A stretch of DNA of 27,357 nucleotides from an uncultured archaeon. Lineage in GTDB: Archaea; Iainarchaeota; Iainarchaeia; Iainarchaeales; CSSED10-239. The translations under genes and the position numbers were made by a program. Numbering within the stretch: the first letter of the stretch is position 1; every line of letters starts with the position of its first letter. This document shows positions 1-8,468 of the stretch, piece by piece. A model generated the notes under the pieces. The model was not told the origin of the DNA, made no database searches, and saw only the letters and a list, made by a program, of their open reading frames with translations. The stretch is taken from NCBI GenBank assembly GCA_964586355.1, contig CAZPGO010000038.1, positions 1-27,357 of the forward strand, in the 5' to 3' direction.

Positions 1-1
1 A

Positions 2-703
2 ATCTTTGATGCAAATTATTTAGATGCTGGAGCATTTGAAAATTGGACTGGTTTTTTGACTGCAATCAATTTCACAGATGCTGCTGAATCTGCAAGTGAT
101 GGTGCAAATATAAAAATCACCAGTAACACTACAGGAATTGATAGTAATGTTACAATAATTACAGATGATGCAAATTTATTTGAAACACCATTTGAAATAC
201 ATGGATTTGATGATAGCTTTGCATTATCAGAAGGTTGGAATTTAGTTTCAACAGCATATTTTATAGATGTAAATACCACAATCTATGATGGCAATCCAAT
301 AAAATTATATAAACATACAAAAGATGGTTTTGTAACTGCTGATATTGAAGATCTTTCTCCTGTTGATGCAATATTTATTAAAACAAATAATACAACAAGT
401 GTTTTAGGAATGATCTTTGCAAACGTAAATCCAGACGATGCAATTACAATGGATCAAAAAGAACTAACAACTGGTTGGAATCTAATTAGTATTCCATATA
501 ATATGCAATCTAATACCATAAATCAAGCATTTGCTCAATTAATTGAAGGAAGTAATTTAGGACTGACAACAGTTTATGATTGGTATAAATCAAATATAAT
601 AACTGATTGGACAACAACACTAAACTATGATCAAGGATATTGGGTAAATATGAATCAAGCAGATTGGTATAGTCAACCAGTTGCAATAGTTGAAGTAGAT
701 TAA
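2..703 (+). CDS. 3' part of a larger secreted/cell-surface protein; its 5' end lies upstream of the window. Two ~90-aa C-terminal repeats each open with GWNL(V/I)S.
   Basis: Frame 2 is open from nt 2 with no stop, so the TTG at 56 in the ORF track is probably internal. Stop TAA at 701-703. Asn/Thr/Asp-rich with no TM segment. Repeats begin SEGWNLVSTAYF and TTGWNLISIPYN. A hairpin plus T-tract follows. Confidence 0.6.
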   Translation: MFDANYLDAGAFENWTGFLTAINFTDAAESASDGANIKITSNTTGIDSNVTIITDDANLFETPFEIHGFDDSFALSEGWNLVSTAYFIDVNTTIYDGNPIKLYKHTKDGFVTADIEDLSPVDAIFIKTNNTTSVLGMIFANVNPDDAITMDQKELTTGWNLISIPYNMQSNTINQAFAQLIEGSNLGLTTVYDWYKSNIITDWTTTLNYDQGYWVNMNQADWYSQPVAIVEVD

Positions 704-731
704 AGCAAGTAAAATCTTGCTTTTCTTTTTT
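703..731 (+). terminator. Stem-loop plus T-tract at the stop codon of the first surface-protein gene
   Basis: aagcaag (703-709) pairs perfectly with cttgctt (716-722): 7-bp stem, 6-nt loop taaaat, then ttctttttt (723-731). Archaeal termination mainly needs the T-tract, so the role of the hairpin is uncertain. Confidence 0.4.
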
Positions 732-782
732 CCCTATTTTTTTTTAATTTAGGATTTTTAAATAGAGGGGTGATATAAAATT

Positions 783-1967
783 ATGAGAAAATTAATAATA
801 ATGATGTTCTTTATTTTAACAATACTTCCAGCAGTTGCTGCAATACCAGGATTCCCTCATGAATTTTGTGGAGATGTTTTAATTAATGGAGCTCCTGCTC
901 CGAATGAAACACTTGTATCAGCAAGAATAACTGGAAGAGAAGTTATAACCAATTCTCAAAATCCAGTTGCAACACTAAATGGAAATTTTGGTAAAGATGG
1001 ATTGCCATTGTTAGTTCAAGGAGAACTAACAAATGGAGATGTAATTAAATTTTATGTAAATAATGTTGATAGTGGGCAAACAGCAATATTTGAATATGGT
1101 GCTGGACCAGAGTGTGTAGACCTTTCTGTAACAATAACAACACCACCAAGTGGTGGAGGTACTGGCGGATCATCCGGTGGATCTAGTGGAGGTTCTTCTG
1201 GAGCATCAGGTGGAATTTCTGGAACTACAGAAACAACAGCTCAAGAAACAACTACACAAGTAAGTAACACAGAAAAAGAAAAAATATTTTCTTCAGTAGA
1301 TTTAGATACATTATTTGGAAAAGAAACAAATAAAGAAGATCTTACAATAATTTCAAAAAAAACAATAACAGAAAACTTTACTCAAACAGATCTAGAAAAA
1401 CTTAAGTTAAGTCTAGATTCAGAAACACAAGAAACATTAAATGATCTATTAAAAAATAAAGAAACAGATGTTGCTTTTATTTCAATAAATTTAAACACAT
1501 ATGAAATAATAGATAAAGACAACACAAAAAAAACAGTTAGTCTTATAACCACAAAAATAACAGCAAAAGAAGATCTAGAAGAACTAATCTATATTGAAGA
1601 AATTTCAAAAGATATTGCTCAATCAGTATCAGAAATTATATTTAATATTCCAGTCTCTGAAGTTCTTAATGACGATCCAGTAGTACTATTTAGATTCTTT
1701 AATATTAAAGAAGGAGAGGTTAAAGAAATAAGCTATACTGTGCCAAAAGAAATTAACACCATAGCAAACAATCAAACATTTAGTATGGGTACACTAGCTG
1801 TAATTGATACTCCAATAACAGAAGAACCAATATATGAGAATATAGATCAAGAGCCAATAACAGAAACTCCAAAAGAAAAATCTAATGCTCTTCTTTGGAT
1901 AATTGGAATAATTGTTTTAATTTCAATTGGGGCTTTTATATATCTTAAAAAACCATTTAAAAAATAG
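783..1967 (+). CDS. Secreted surface protein with a C-terminal membrane anchor (hypothetical)
   Basis: ATG at 783 with gaggggtga 10 nt upstream. N-terminal signal peptide MRKLIIMMFFILTILPAVAA. Gly/Ser linker SGGGTGGSSGGSSGGSSGASGGISG (nt 1149-1223). Thr/Glu/Lys-rich middle. C-terminal TM helix ALLWIIGIIVLISIGAFIYL followed by KKPFKK. Confidence 0.75.
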   Translation: MRKLIIMMFFILTILPAVAAIPGFPHEFCGDVLINGAPAPNETLVSARITGREVITNSQNPVATLNGNFGKDGLPLLVQGELTNGDVIKFYVNNVDSGQTAIFEYGAGPECVDLSVTITTPPSGGGTGGSSGGSSGGSSGASGGISGTTETTAQETTTQVSNTEKEKIFSSVDLDTLFGKETNKEDLTIISKKTITENFTQTDLEKLKLSLDSETQETLNDLLKNKETDVAFISINLNTYEIIDKDNTKKTVSLITTKITAKEDLEELIYIEEISKDIAQSVSEIIFNIPVSEVLNDDPVVLFRFFNIKEGEVKEISYTVPKEINTIANNQTFSMGTLAVIDTPITEEPIYENIDQEPITETPKEKSNALLWIIGIIVLISIGAFIYLKKPFKK

Positions 1968-2078
1968 ATCTTTTCTATTTTTTTTTCTATTTCTTTTAAA
2001 TCTACTTATTTTATAAATATTTGGTAAATTTATTTTATTGTAACATTTATAATATATATATGGAGAGATCACAATAAA

Positions 2079-4661
2079 ATGAAAAAAACAAATATATTCT
2101 TAATATTAATAACTATAATTCTTTTTGCACAAAACATCTTTGCATTTTCCCCAACCTTTTATGTAGGTGATGGTGTTTCTGGGCAAGCAACTCAATGCCA
2201 AAACCCAAACTATTCTTCAATATTTTCTGCAATAGCAGATATTAGAAATTTATCAATTAATAATCCAACAATTATTGTGTGTGAAGGCACATATGTAGAA
2301 AACATAGATCTAAGTTATTCTAATAATTTTACAATTATTGGAGAAAATGAAAATGTTATTATTAAATCACCAGTACAAGAGAACTCTCCAATAAAAGCAA
2401 TAAATGCAGAAAACTTAGTAATTAAAAATTTAAAAATAGAAGAAGCAAATTTAAAAGGAATATTAATTGTTAATTCAACAAATGTTTTTTTAGAAGATAT
2501 TGTAGTATCCAATATTAAAGGAATAGAAGATGATGTGTCTACATTATCAGGAATACACATATCTGAATCTAATGGAGTAACCTTTTCAGGAGACATTTTA
2601 ATAGAAAATATTAATAAAAATATAAAATCTACAAATGGAATAGAAATAGAACACTCTGAAACTATAGTTTTTGATACAGATTCATTAATAATATATAATA
2701 TTAAATCAAATAATAATTTATCAGATTCATTATTAACAGGAATAAAAATCAATAACTCAATAGTAGATATTAAATCAGACATAACAATATCAGAAATAAA
2801 AGGAAGAAAAAACACAACTGGTTTTTTAATAGAAAATGATTCAGTAGTAACAAATACAGAGGCTGTAGAAATAGGAATAACAAGCTCTAACTCTGGATCA
2901 TTGTTTAAAGGATTAGAAATTAAAGATTCTAAACTAGATCTACATGAAAATACCTTAACAAATTTTTTTTTAATAGGGACATTTATGTCAGATGTTTATG
3001 GATTATCTTTAATTAATTCAAATGAATCAAATCTTGGACAACTAGAAATGTCAATGGTAAACGGTTTAAATAATACTTATGTTATAAATATTCTTGATTC
3101 AGACGATATAACAATACCAAAAATAGAAATGAACAATAATCAAACAGAAAATCTTGTAAGACTAATAAATATTAATAATTCAAATTATGGTGTTATTAAT
3201 GAAATAATTGTAGGTAATCATAACTTTACATTACAATCAACTAACTTTAAAGTATTAAATCTAGTAAACTCAGCATATGATATTTTTAAGATAAATACAA
3301 ATTCTTCAAATTTGTTACCAAATTGTATAACTGCAGAAAATAATTCAATATTAAAACTTAATAATATTAATTTAAATAAATGCTCTGGAAACTATATAAA
3401 AAATATAGCCTCACAAATAGATATAAAAAAATCACCAACAATAGATCCTTCAAGAATAGAATATCAAGCACCATTAGCATCAGCTACAAAAATATATAAA
3501 GAAATGGAAATTGGTTTCTTTAAAGAAGGAAGAGATCTAAGTCTTGAAGCTTTACATTTGTATTCTGGACAAGATGTTTATAGTATTATTGAGAATGCAG
3601 GAGAAGTAGTAGTTGTTGATCTGTTATACTATAAAAAAGGATATAACAATGGAATTTTAGAAGAAAACTATTTTAATAACTATAATGCTATAGCCATAAA
3701 ATCAAAAATTAATGAAAAACCAGAAGAATTTTATATAGAAAATCTTTTATATGAAACAAAGTTTTTAGAATTTTTTGATATGCAAGAGGAATTTATACAA
3801 CAAACATCAAAAACTGGTACTATAACAAAAAGTGCAGATCATTTCTTTGTAGAACCAAAAGAACACTGTACATTTATTGTTGGAAAAAGTTATGGTTGTT
3901 ATGATATTAAACTTTCAAGAACTTTAGAAGAAAATAATAATTATACAATTAAGTTTAAGATACCTGTTTCTTGGATGAATAACAATTCCTTAGTAAAAGA
4001 AGATATTAAGTTATATCATTTTGAATCCGGAGAATATATTAAACAAAAAACAACACCATTAACTATAGAAGATGGATATCAAATATTTATTTCAGAAGTT
4101 AATTCTTTTTCAGAATTTCAGATATCTGGAGTAAAAGAAGACACAGATAATACAGATCCAACACCAACAAATCCAGACCCAACACCAACTCCAGAACCAA
4201 CGCCACCAGTTAATGATCCTGTTACTCCTCCAATAGATTCAAATTTAGTTAACCCAGAATGTAATATTACTTGTGATCTTGATACAGAAATATTTGATTA
4301 TATTAACTGCACATGTATAGAAAAATATGTAGATCCTTGTAAAGATGTTGTTTGTAAAGAAACAGAATATATGGATCCTGAAACCTGTGAATGTAATTCT
4401 AGATTTGATTCTGATAATGGTAATTGTAGAGGGGTTTGTGATGTTGGATATACTATGGATCTAAATACCTGTACTTGTGTTCCAGTGATCTTAGATGGTC
4501 TTCCTAATGGACACATTAAATTATTTAATATTGGTTTAGTTATTTTTGTAATTGCTATTGGGATTATTTTATATTTTATATTTAGGAAAAAGAAAAAATT
4601 ATTAAAAAATAAAACTGTTCAAAAAAAATTAACCAAAAATCTAAAAAATAAAAACAAATAA
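2079..4661 (+). CDS. Large surface protein: signal peptide, right-handed beta-helix-like repeats, PGF-pre-PGF-like domain, Pro/Thr linker, triple 4-Cys repeat, C-terminal TM anchor with Lys-rich tail
   Basis: Signal peptide MKKTNIFLILITIILFAQNIFA. N-terminal ...IIVCEGTYVENIDLSYSNNFTIIGENENVIIKS plus many I/V-x-N-rich ~22-aa turns typical of parallel beta-helix proteins. IKFKIPVSWMNNNSLVKEDIKLYHFESGEYIKQKTTPL...SEFQISG resembles the archaeal PGF-pre-PGF domain. PT linker at nt 4155-4232. Cys repeats at nt 4260-4478. TM LFNIGLVIFVIAIGIILYFIF followed by RKKKK. Confidence 0.8.
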   Translation: MKKTNIFLILITIILFAQNIFAFSPTFYVGDGVSGQATQCQNPNYSSIFSAIADIRNLSINNPTIIVCEGTYVENIDLSYSNNFTIIGENENVIIKSPVQENSPIKAINAENLVIKNLKIEEANLKGILIVNSTNVFLEDIVVSNIKGIEDDVSTLSGIHISESNGVTFSGDILIENINKNIKSTNGIEIEHSETIVFDTDSLIIYNIKSNNNLSDSLLTGIKINNSIVDIKSDITISEIKGRKNTTGFLIENDSVVTNTEAVEIGITSSNSGSLFKGLEIKDSKLDLHENTLTNFFLIGTFMSDVYGLSLINSNESNLGQLEMSMVNGLNNTYVINILDSDDITIPKIEMNNNQTENLVRLININNSNYGVINEIIVGNHNFTLQSTNFKVLNLVNSAYDIFKINTNSSNLLPNCITAENNSILKLNNINLNKCSGNYIKNIASQIDIKKSPTIDPSRIEYQAPLASATKIYKEMEIGFFKEGRDLSLEALHLYSGQDVYSIIENAGEVVVVDLLYYKKGYNNGILEENYFNNYNAIAIKSKINEKPEEFYIENLLYETKFLEFFDMQEEFIQQTSKTGTITKSADHFFVEPKEHCTFIVGKSYGCYDIKLSRTLEENNNYTIKFKIPVSWMNNNSLVKEDIKLYHFESGEYIKQKTTPLTIEDGYQIFISEVNSFSEFQISGVKEDTDNTDPTPTNPDPTPTPEPTPPVNDPVTPPIDSNLVNPECNITCDLDTEIFDYINCTCIEKYVDPCKDVVCKETEYMDPETCECNSRFDSDNGNCRGVCDVGYTMDLNTCTCVPVILDGLPNGHIKLFNIGLVIFVIAIGIILYFIFRKKKKLLKNKTVQKKLTKNLKNKNK

Positions 4662-4665
4662 GATA

Positions 4666-5430
4666 ATGAAAAATATGTTTCCAAATATAAAAAATAAACA
4701 TTCATATGATGCGTTTTTTGATCCAAAAGATTATTTGAATTATTTAAAGAAAAACAACAATTTACCAAAATTTAAAATACCAAAAGCAGTAATGATCTGT
4801 TATGATAATGATTTATTTGATCTTTTGATTAAGAGAAAAAAGATAATATATACAGGATATCATAACCTCTATTATACAAAAGAATCAAAAGAAATAGGCA
4901 TTGTTGGAAGATTTGGTATTGGGGCACCAATATCTGTAACCATTTTAGAAGAATTAATTGCTCTGGGCGTTAAAAAATTTGTAAGCTTTGGAACCTGTGG
5001 CACTTTACAAAAACACATACATATTGGTGAGTTTGTTTTGTGTGATAAGGCTATTAGAGACGAAGGAGTTTCATATCATTATCTAAAATCAAGCAAATAC
5101 GCTTATCCTTCTAAAAAACAATTTTTAAAAACAAAACAAATAATGGATAAATTAGATCTTTCTTATCATATTGGGGCTAGCTGGACAATTGATGCGCCTT
5201 ATAGAGAAACAATAGAAGAACTTAAAAGATATCAAAAAGAAAATGTGCTTTGTGTGGAAATGGAAGCATCAGCTCTTTATGCGGTTGCTGAATATAGAAA
5301 AATAGATATTGTTTGTATATTTACTATTAGTGATAGTTTAGCAGAACTTATTTGGACTCCACATTTTCATAAAATGGAAAAATATTTATTAGATATATAT
5401 GATCTATCTATTAAAATTTTAAAGAAATAA
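4666..5430 (+). CDS. Nucleoside phosphorylase, PNP/UDP family (uridine or purine nucleoside phosphorylase-like)
   Basis: GRFGIGAPISVTILEELIALGVKKFVSFGTCG, RDEGVSYHY and CVEMEASALYAVA match the conserved blocks of the PNP_UDP_1 family. The ATG lies 4 nt after the stop of the preceding surface-protein gene. Confidence 0.8.
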   Translation: MKNMFPNIKNKHSYDAFFDPKDYLNYLKKNNNLPKFKIPKAVMICYDNDLFDLLIKRKKIIYTGYHNLYYTKESKEIGIVGRFGIGAPISVTILEELIALGVKKFVSFGTCGTLQKHIHIGEFVLCDKAIRDEGVSYHYLKSSKYAYPSKKQFLKTKQIMDKLDLSYHIGASWTIDAPYRETIEELKRYQKENVLCVEMEASALYAVAEYRKIDIVCIFTISDSLAELIWTPHFHKMEKYLLDIYDLSIKILKK

Positions 5431-5532
5431 CTTTTTTTTATTTTTGTTTTAGTAATTAGAAATTTAGATCTATTATTAATTAAAACAAATATTTAAAATA
5501 ACTTCCACTAATATTATGTTAGGTGGTGTTAT

Positions 5533-5793
5533 ATGAATAAAGTTGTAACTATGAATTTAAGAGCAAATAACTATACCAGTAGAGTATTAGGAGTAATTAA
5601 AGAGAAATATGCTTTAAAAGACAAAGGAGAAGCATTAAATAAATTTGTAGAAATGTTTGGAGACGAATTTGTGGATAGAGAAGTAAAAGAAGAAGTCATA
5701 AAAGACGTAATTGAATCTTGTAATTATCATATTAAAAAAAAAGGATTTAGATCTAGAACTATAAAAGACATAAAAAAAGAAATAGAGGGTTAA
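5533..5793 (+). CDS. Putative antitoxin partner of the RelE/ParE-like toxin, possibly ribbon-helix-helix-like
   Basis: 86 aa. aggtggtg sits 5 nt upstream of the ATG. The stop lies 5 nt before the toxin ATG. The N-terminus VVTMNLRANNYTSRVLGVIKEKYALKDKGEALNKFVEMF fits a strand-helix-helix pattern. The call rests mainly on gene context. Confidence 0.55.
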   Translation: MNKVVTMNLRANNYTSRVLGVIKEKYALKDKGEALNKFVEMFGDEFVDREVKEEVIKDVIESCNYHIKKKGFRSRTIKDIKKEIEG

Positions 5794-5798
5794 TTGTA

Positions 5799-6080
5799 AT
5801 GACTTTCAAATATGATTTTAGTGATTCTTTAATAGAAATACTGAAGCAAATACATAAAAAAGATAAAAAATTATATGCTTCTATTTTTAAAAAAGTTGAA
5901 GAAATAGTGTCAAGAGATTTAACCACAATTGATTTTTATAAAAATTTAAGATATGATTTAAAGGAATATAAAAGAGTACATGTTATGAAAAGCTTTGTTT
6001 TATTATTTAAAATTTATAAAACGAAGAATTTTATTTTATTTGAAAGGTTAGATCATCACGATAATATTTATAAAAAATAA
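5799..6080 (+). CDS. Type II toxin, RelE/ParE superfamily
   Basis: 93 aa. FSDSLIEILKQIHKKDKKLYASIFKKVEEI and LKEYKRVHVMKSFVLLFKIYKTKNFILFERLDHHDNIY follow the RelE/ParE pattern (...yR.rvg.yRliy.i....i.i..i.hR...Y). Tightly coupled to the small upstream ORF. Confidence 0.7.
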   Translation: MTFKYDFSDSLIEILKQIHKKDKKLYASIFKKVEEIVSRDLTTIDFYKNLRYDLKEYKRVHVMKSFVLLFKIYKTKNFILFERLDHHDNIYKK

Positions 6081-6086
6081 AAAGTT

Positions 6087-7622
6087 TTAGATCTTTTTTA
6101 TTTTATCTAAAACATTATCCTTTCCAAAAAAATCTATAATATTTGAAAACTTTGGACCAACACTTTTTTTAAACAAAAGAACATAAAAATTTCTAAAAGC
6201 ATCTTTTATATTAATGTTTTTAGATTTCATATAGTTATAAAATTGATTTTGATAATCCTCACAATAATCATTATTCTCTAAGAAAGAGATAATCTCTTTT
6301 TTTATATCCTCATCAAAAGAATCTTCAGATTTACAAACATATTTTTCAGTTGCAAAATCATTTAACCAGTTTTTCATACACTCTGAAATTTGTTTAACTC
6401 TTTTTAGATCGTTTTCTTCTGTGAGATTATTGACTTTAATATAAAAATTAACAGCATCATCTCCAAGAACCTGATTTAATATAAGAACTTCTTGTGGTTT
6501 TGGTTGAAATGGTCTTTTTTCAGTTTTCCAAACATTACTCATCTCATACTCTTTTAAAACATCAATATCTATTTCTTCTTTATTACTTGATTCTAAATGA
6601 TCATAATACTTTTTTTCTAAACTATAAAACTCTTCATACCTTTGGAAAATATTTTCATCTAATTGTATATCAAAATTAGAATTTGGTTTTGTTGATACAT
6701 ATAAAAACCTAAAAGTTTCTGGTATGTAATATTTTAAAATATCACTAATGGTGTAAACATTACCACTAGAAGAAGACATTTTTCCTGCGCCACCCTTAAC
6801 ACCAATAAATTCATACATAAAAACATATGGTGGTTGTTTATTATAAACATCCTTAATTAATATCTTTGCAAGATCATTAGATCCTCCAGAAGACATGTGA
6901 TCCTTACCACTAGGCTCAAATGTTTCATTGTAATAAGCCCATCTCATTGGCCAATCAACTCTCCATCTAAGCTTTACATTGCCATTTTTTGAAAAGTCTA
7001 GTTTCCCTTCATGATTACAATTTTTACATCTATATTCTAGCGTATAGTTATTATCATACCCTAAAATAATATCAGTAATCTTATTACATTTTTCACACCA
7101 TAACGTAACTGGCCACCAATTATCCTCTAATGGTTCTTTTCTAAACCGATTATAGATTTCCATAACTTTTGATCTGTTTAACAATGCTAATTTTATACCC
7201 TCTTTATAAGTTGTAGATCTATAAATCTTTTCTTGATACAAATATTCTGCAGAACACCCAACCCTCTGTAATTCATCTTCAAACTTTCTAATAAAAAAGT
7301 CAGCATATGATTTTTCTTTATTCCATGGATCTGGAATATCAGTAATACACATTCCTATGTAATTTTGATATTCTTCTTTTCTGTCTTCAGGAATATTTTT
7401 TGGAACCTTTCTAAAAGGATCAAAATTATCCCAAGAATGAATGTGTTTTACCTTTTTTCCTAATTTTCTTAGTTCTTGAACAATTAAGTCAACAGTAAAA
7501 TATTCTCTAAAATTACCAACATGTATAAACCCACTAGGAGTTATACCAGATGCACAAACATATTCCTCTTTATCAGGAAACATTTTAATTATTTCTCTTG
7601 CGTGATTTTCTGCCCAATTCAT
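6087..7622 (-). CDS. lysK: Lysine--tRNA ligase, class I (archaeal type)
   Basis: CASGITPSGFIHVGNFRE (HIGH-type motif), WWPVTLWCEKCNK...CKNC zinc-type insertion, RWRVDWPMRW, GKDHMSSGGS, and GKMSSSSGN (KMSKS-type motif). The 511-aa length is typical. Confidence 0.95.
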   Translation of the reverse strand: MNWAENHAREIIKMFPDKEEYVCASGITPSGFIHVGNFREYFTVDLIVQELRKLGKKVKHIHSWDNFDPFRKVPKNIPEDRKEEYQNYIGMCITDIPDPWNKEKSYADFFIRKFEDELQRVGCSAEYLYQEKIYRSTTYKEGIKLALLNRSKVMEIYNRFRKEPLEDNWWPVTLWCEKCNKITDIILGYDNNYTLEYRCKNCNHEGKLDFSKNGNVKLRWRVDWPMRWAYYNETFEPSGKDHMSSGGSNDLAKILIKDVYNKQPPYVFMYEFIGVKGGAGKMSSSSGNVYTISDILKYYIPETFRFLYVSTKPNSNFDIQLDENIFQRYEEFYSLEKKYYDHLESSNKEEIDIDVLKEYEMSNVWKTEKRPFQPKPQEVLILNQVLGDDAVNFYIKVNNLTEENDLKRVKQISECMKNWLNDFATEKYVCKSEDSFDEDIKKEIISFLENNDYCEDYQNQFYNYMKSKNINIKDAFRNFYVLLFKKSVGPKFSNIIDFFGKDNVLDKIKKI

Positions 7623-7740
7623 ATTTGATCATATTTATAATTGTATTAATATATTATATGTAAAAGAGTTTTTAAAAAGATATATCTCTTATATAGTTAT
7701 AAGAAATAAAAAATAGAAAATGTTTTTTTAAATAAAAAAA

Positions 7741-8244
7741 TCATTTACTTTTAACAGAATCAAACTTTTCTAAAATACTCAAATATACTGGAGTTGGAAC
7801 ATATTGTCTTACAATTTCTTGCCAACCAGTAAAACCAATAAGACCTTTTACTAAACTAGAACAGATCTCAGAAAACTCCCTTGGACACATAAAAAATACT
7901 GTTTCTATACTTGGTCTTAGATCATTATTAATATTTCTCATTCCTCTTTCAGTTTCATAATCAGAAGTAGATCTGATACCTCTTAAAATGTAGTTTGCTT
8001 TAACTTTTGAAGCATATTCAACTAAATAATCATTCTCAAAAGAATCAATCTTTATATTCTTGTAATCCTTTGTTGCATCTTTTAACATTTGCATTCTTTC
8101 AGTTAAAGTAAAAGTGTATTTTTTATTATAATTAACACCAATTGCAACAATAACTTCATCAAATAACTTAGAACCCTCTTTAATTAACCACATGTGGCCA
8201 TTTGTTAGTGGATCAAATGATCCTGCATAAACTACTCTATTCAT
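7741..8244 (-). CDS. coaD: Phosphopantetheine adenylyltransferase, bacterial CoaD type
   Basis: VVYAGSFDPLTNGHMWLI (T/HxGH nucleotidyltransferase motif), ILRGIRSTSDYETE and ETVFFMCPREFSEICSSLVK are colinear with bacterial CoaD (E. coli AVYPGTFDPITNGHIDI ... LIRGLRAVADFEYE ... [20 protein letters not shown]). 167 aa. Confidence 0.9.
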   Translation of the reverse strand: MNRVVYAGSFDPLTNGHMWLIKEGSKLFDEVIVAIGVNYNKKYTFTLTERMQMLKDATKDYKNIKIDSFENDYLVEYASKVKANYILRGIRSTSDYETERGMRNINNDLRPSIETVFFMCPREFSEICSSLVKGLIGFTGWQEIVRQYVPTPVYLSILEKFDSVKSK

Positions 8245-8468
8245 AATATCTCACTAATAATATTTGTAGTTTAAAGGTTTTTTAAAAAGATGTTTTTATT
8301 GTTAAATAAAATTTTAAAGTGATTTTTTTAATAATTATAAAATATTTGTTTAATACCATTGGACAGCAACCCCCCTACGAAAACACCCCCTATTATTAGA
8401 AGTAATATATATTTGGTTGGTTTTTATAATAAAATAAAAATAAATATGAAAGAATACCTTTAAAAATA

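Noticed and set aside
56-58. TTG start proposed by the ORF track for the first gene
   Set aside because: The frame is open back to nt 2, and the protein lacks a signal peptide at this point. It is more likely an internal codon of a gene starting upstream of the window.
16-279. 87-aa minus-strand ORF
   Set aside because: It lies entirely inside, and antisense to, the better-supported surface-protein frame (2-703). It is a low-complexity shadow ORF.
1149-1223. Local GC-rich patches (also 4155-4232)
   Set aside because: They are explained by Gly/Ser and Pro/Thr linker codons within the surface-protein genes. They are not foreign DNA or RNA genes.
2315-2815. 166-aa minus-strand ORF
   Set aside because: Antisense shadow of the repetitive beta-helix region of the 860-aa gene, with no motifs of its own.
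4298-4516. 72-aa minus-strand ORF
   Set aside because: Antisense to the Cys-rich stalk of the 860-aa gene, whose sense frame has clear repeat structure.
6494-6679. 61-aa plus-strand ORF
   Set aside because: It is inside lysK on the opposite strand, and lysK has unambiguous class I LysRS motifs.
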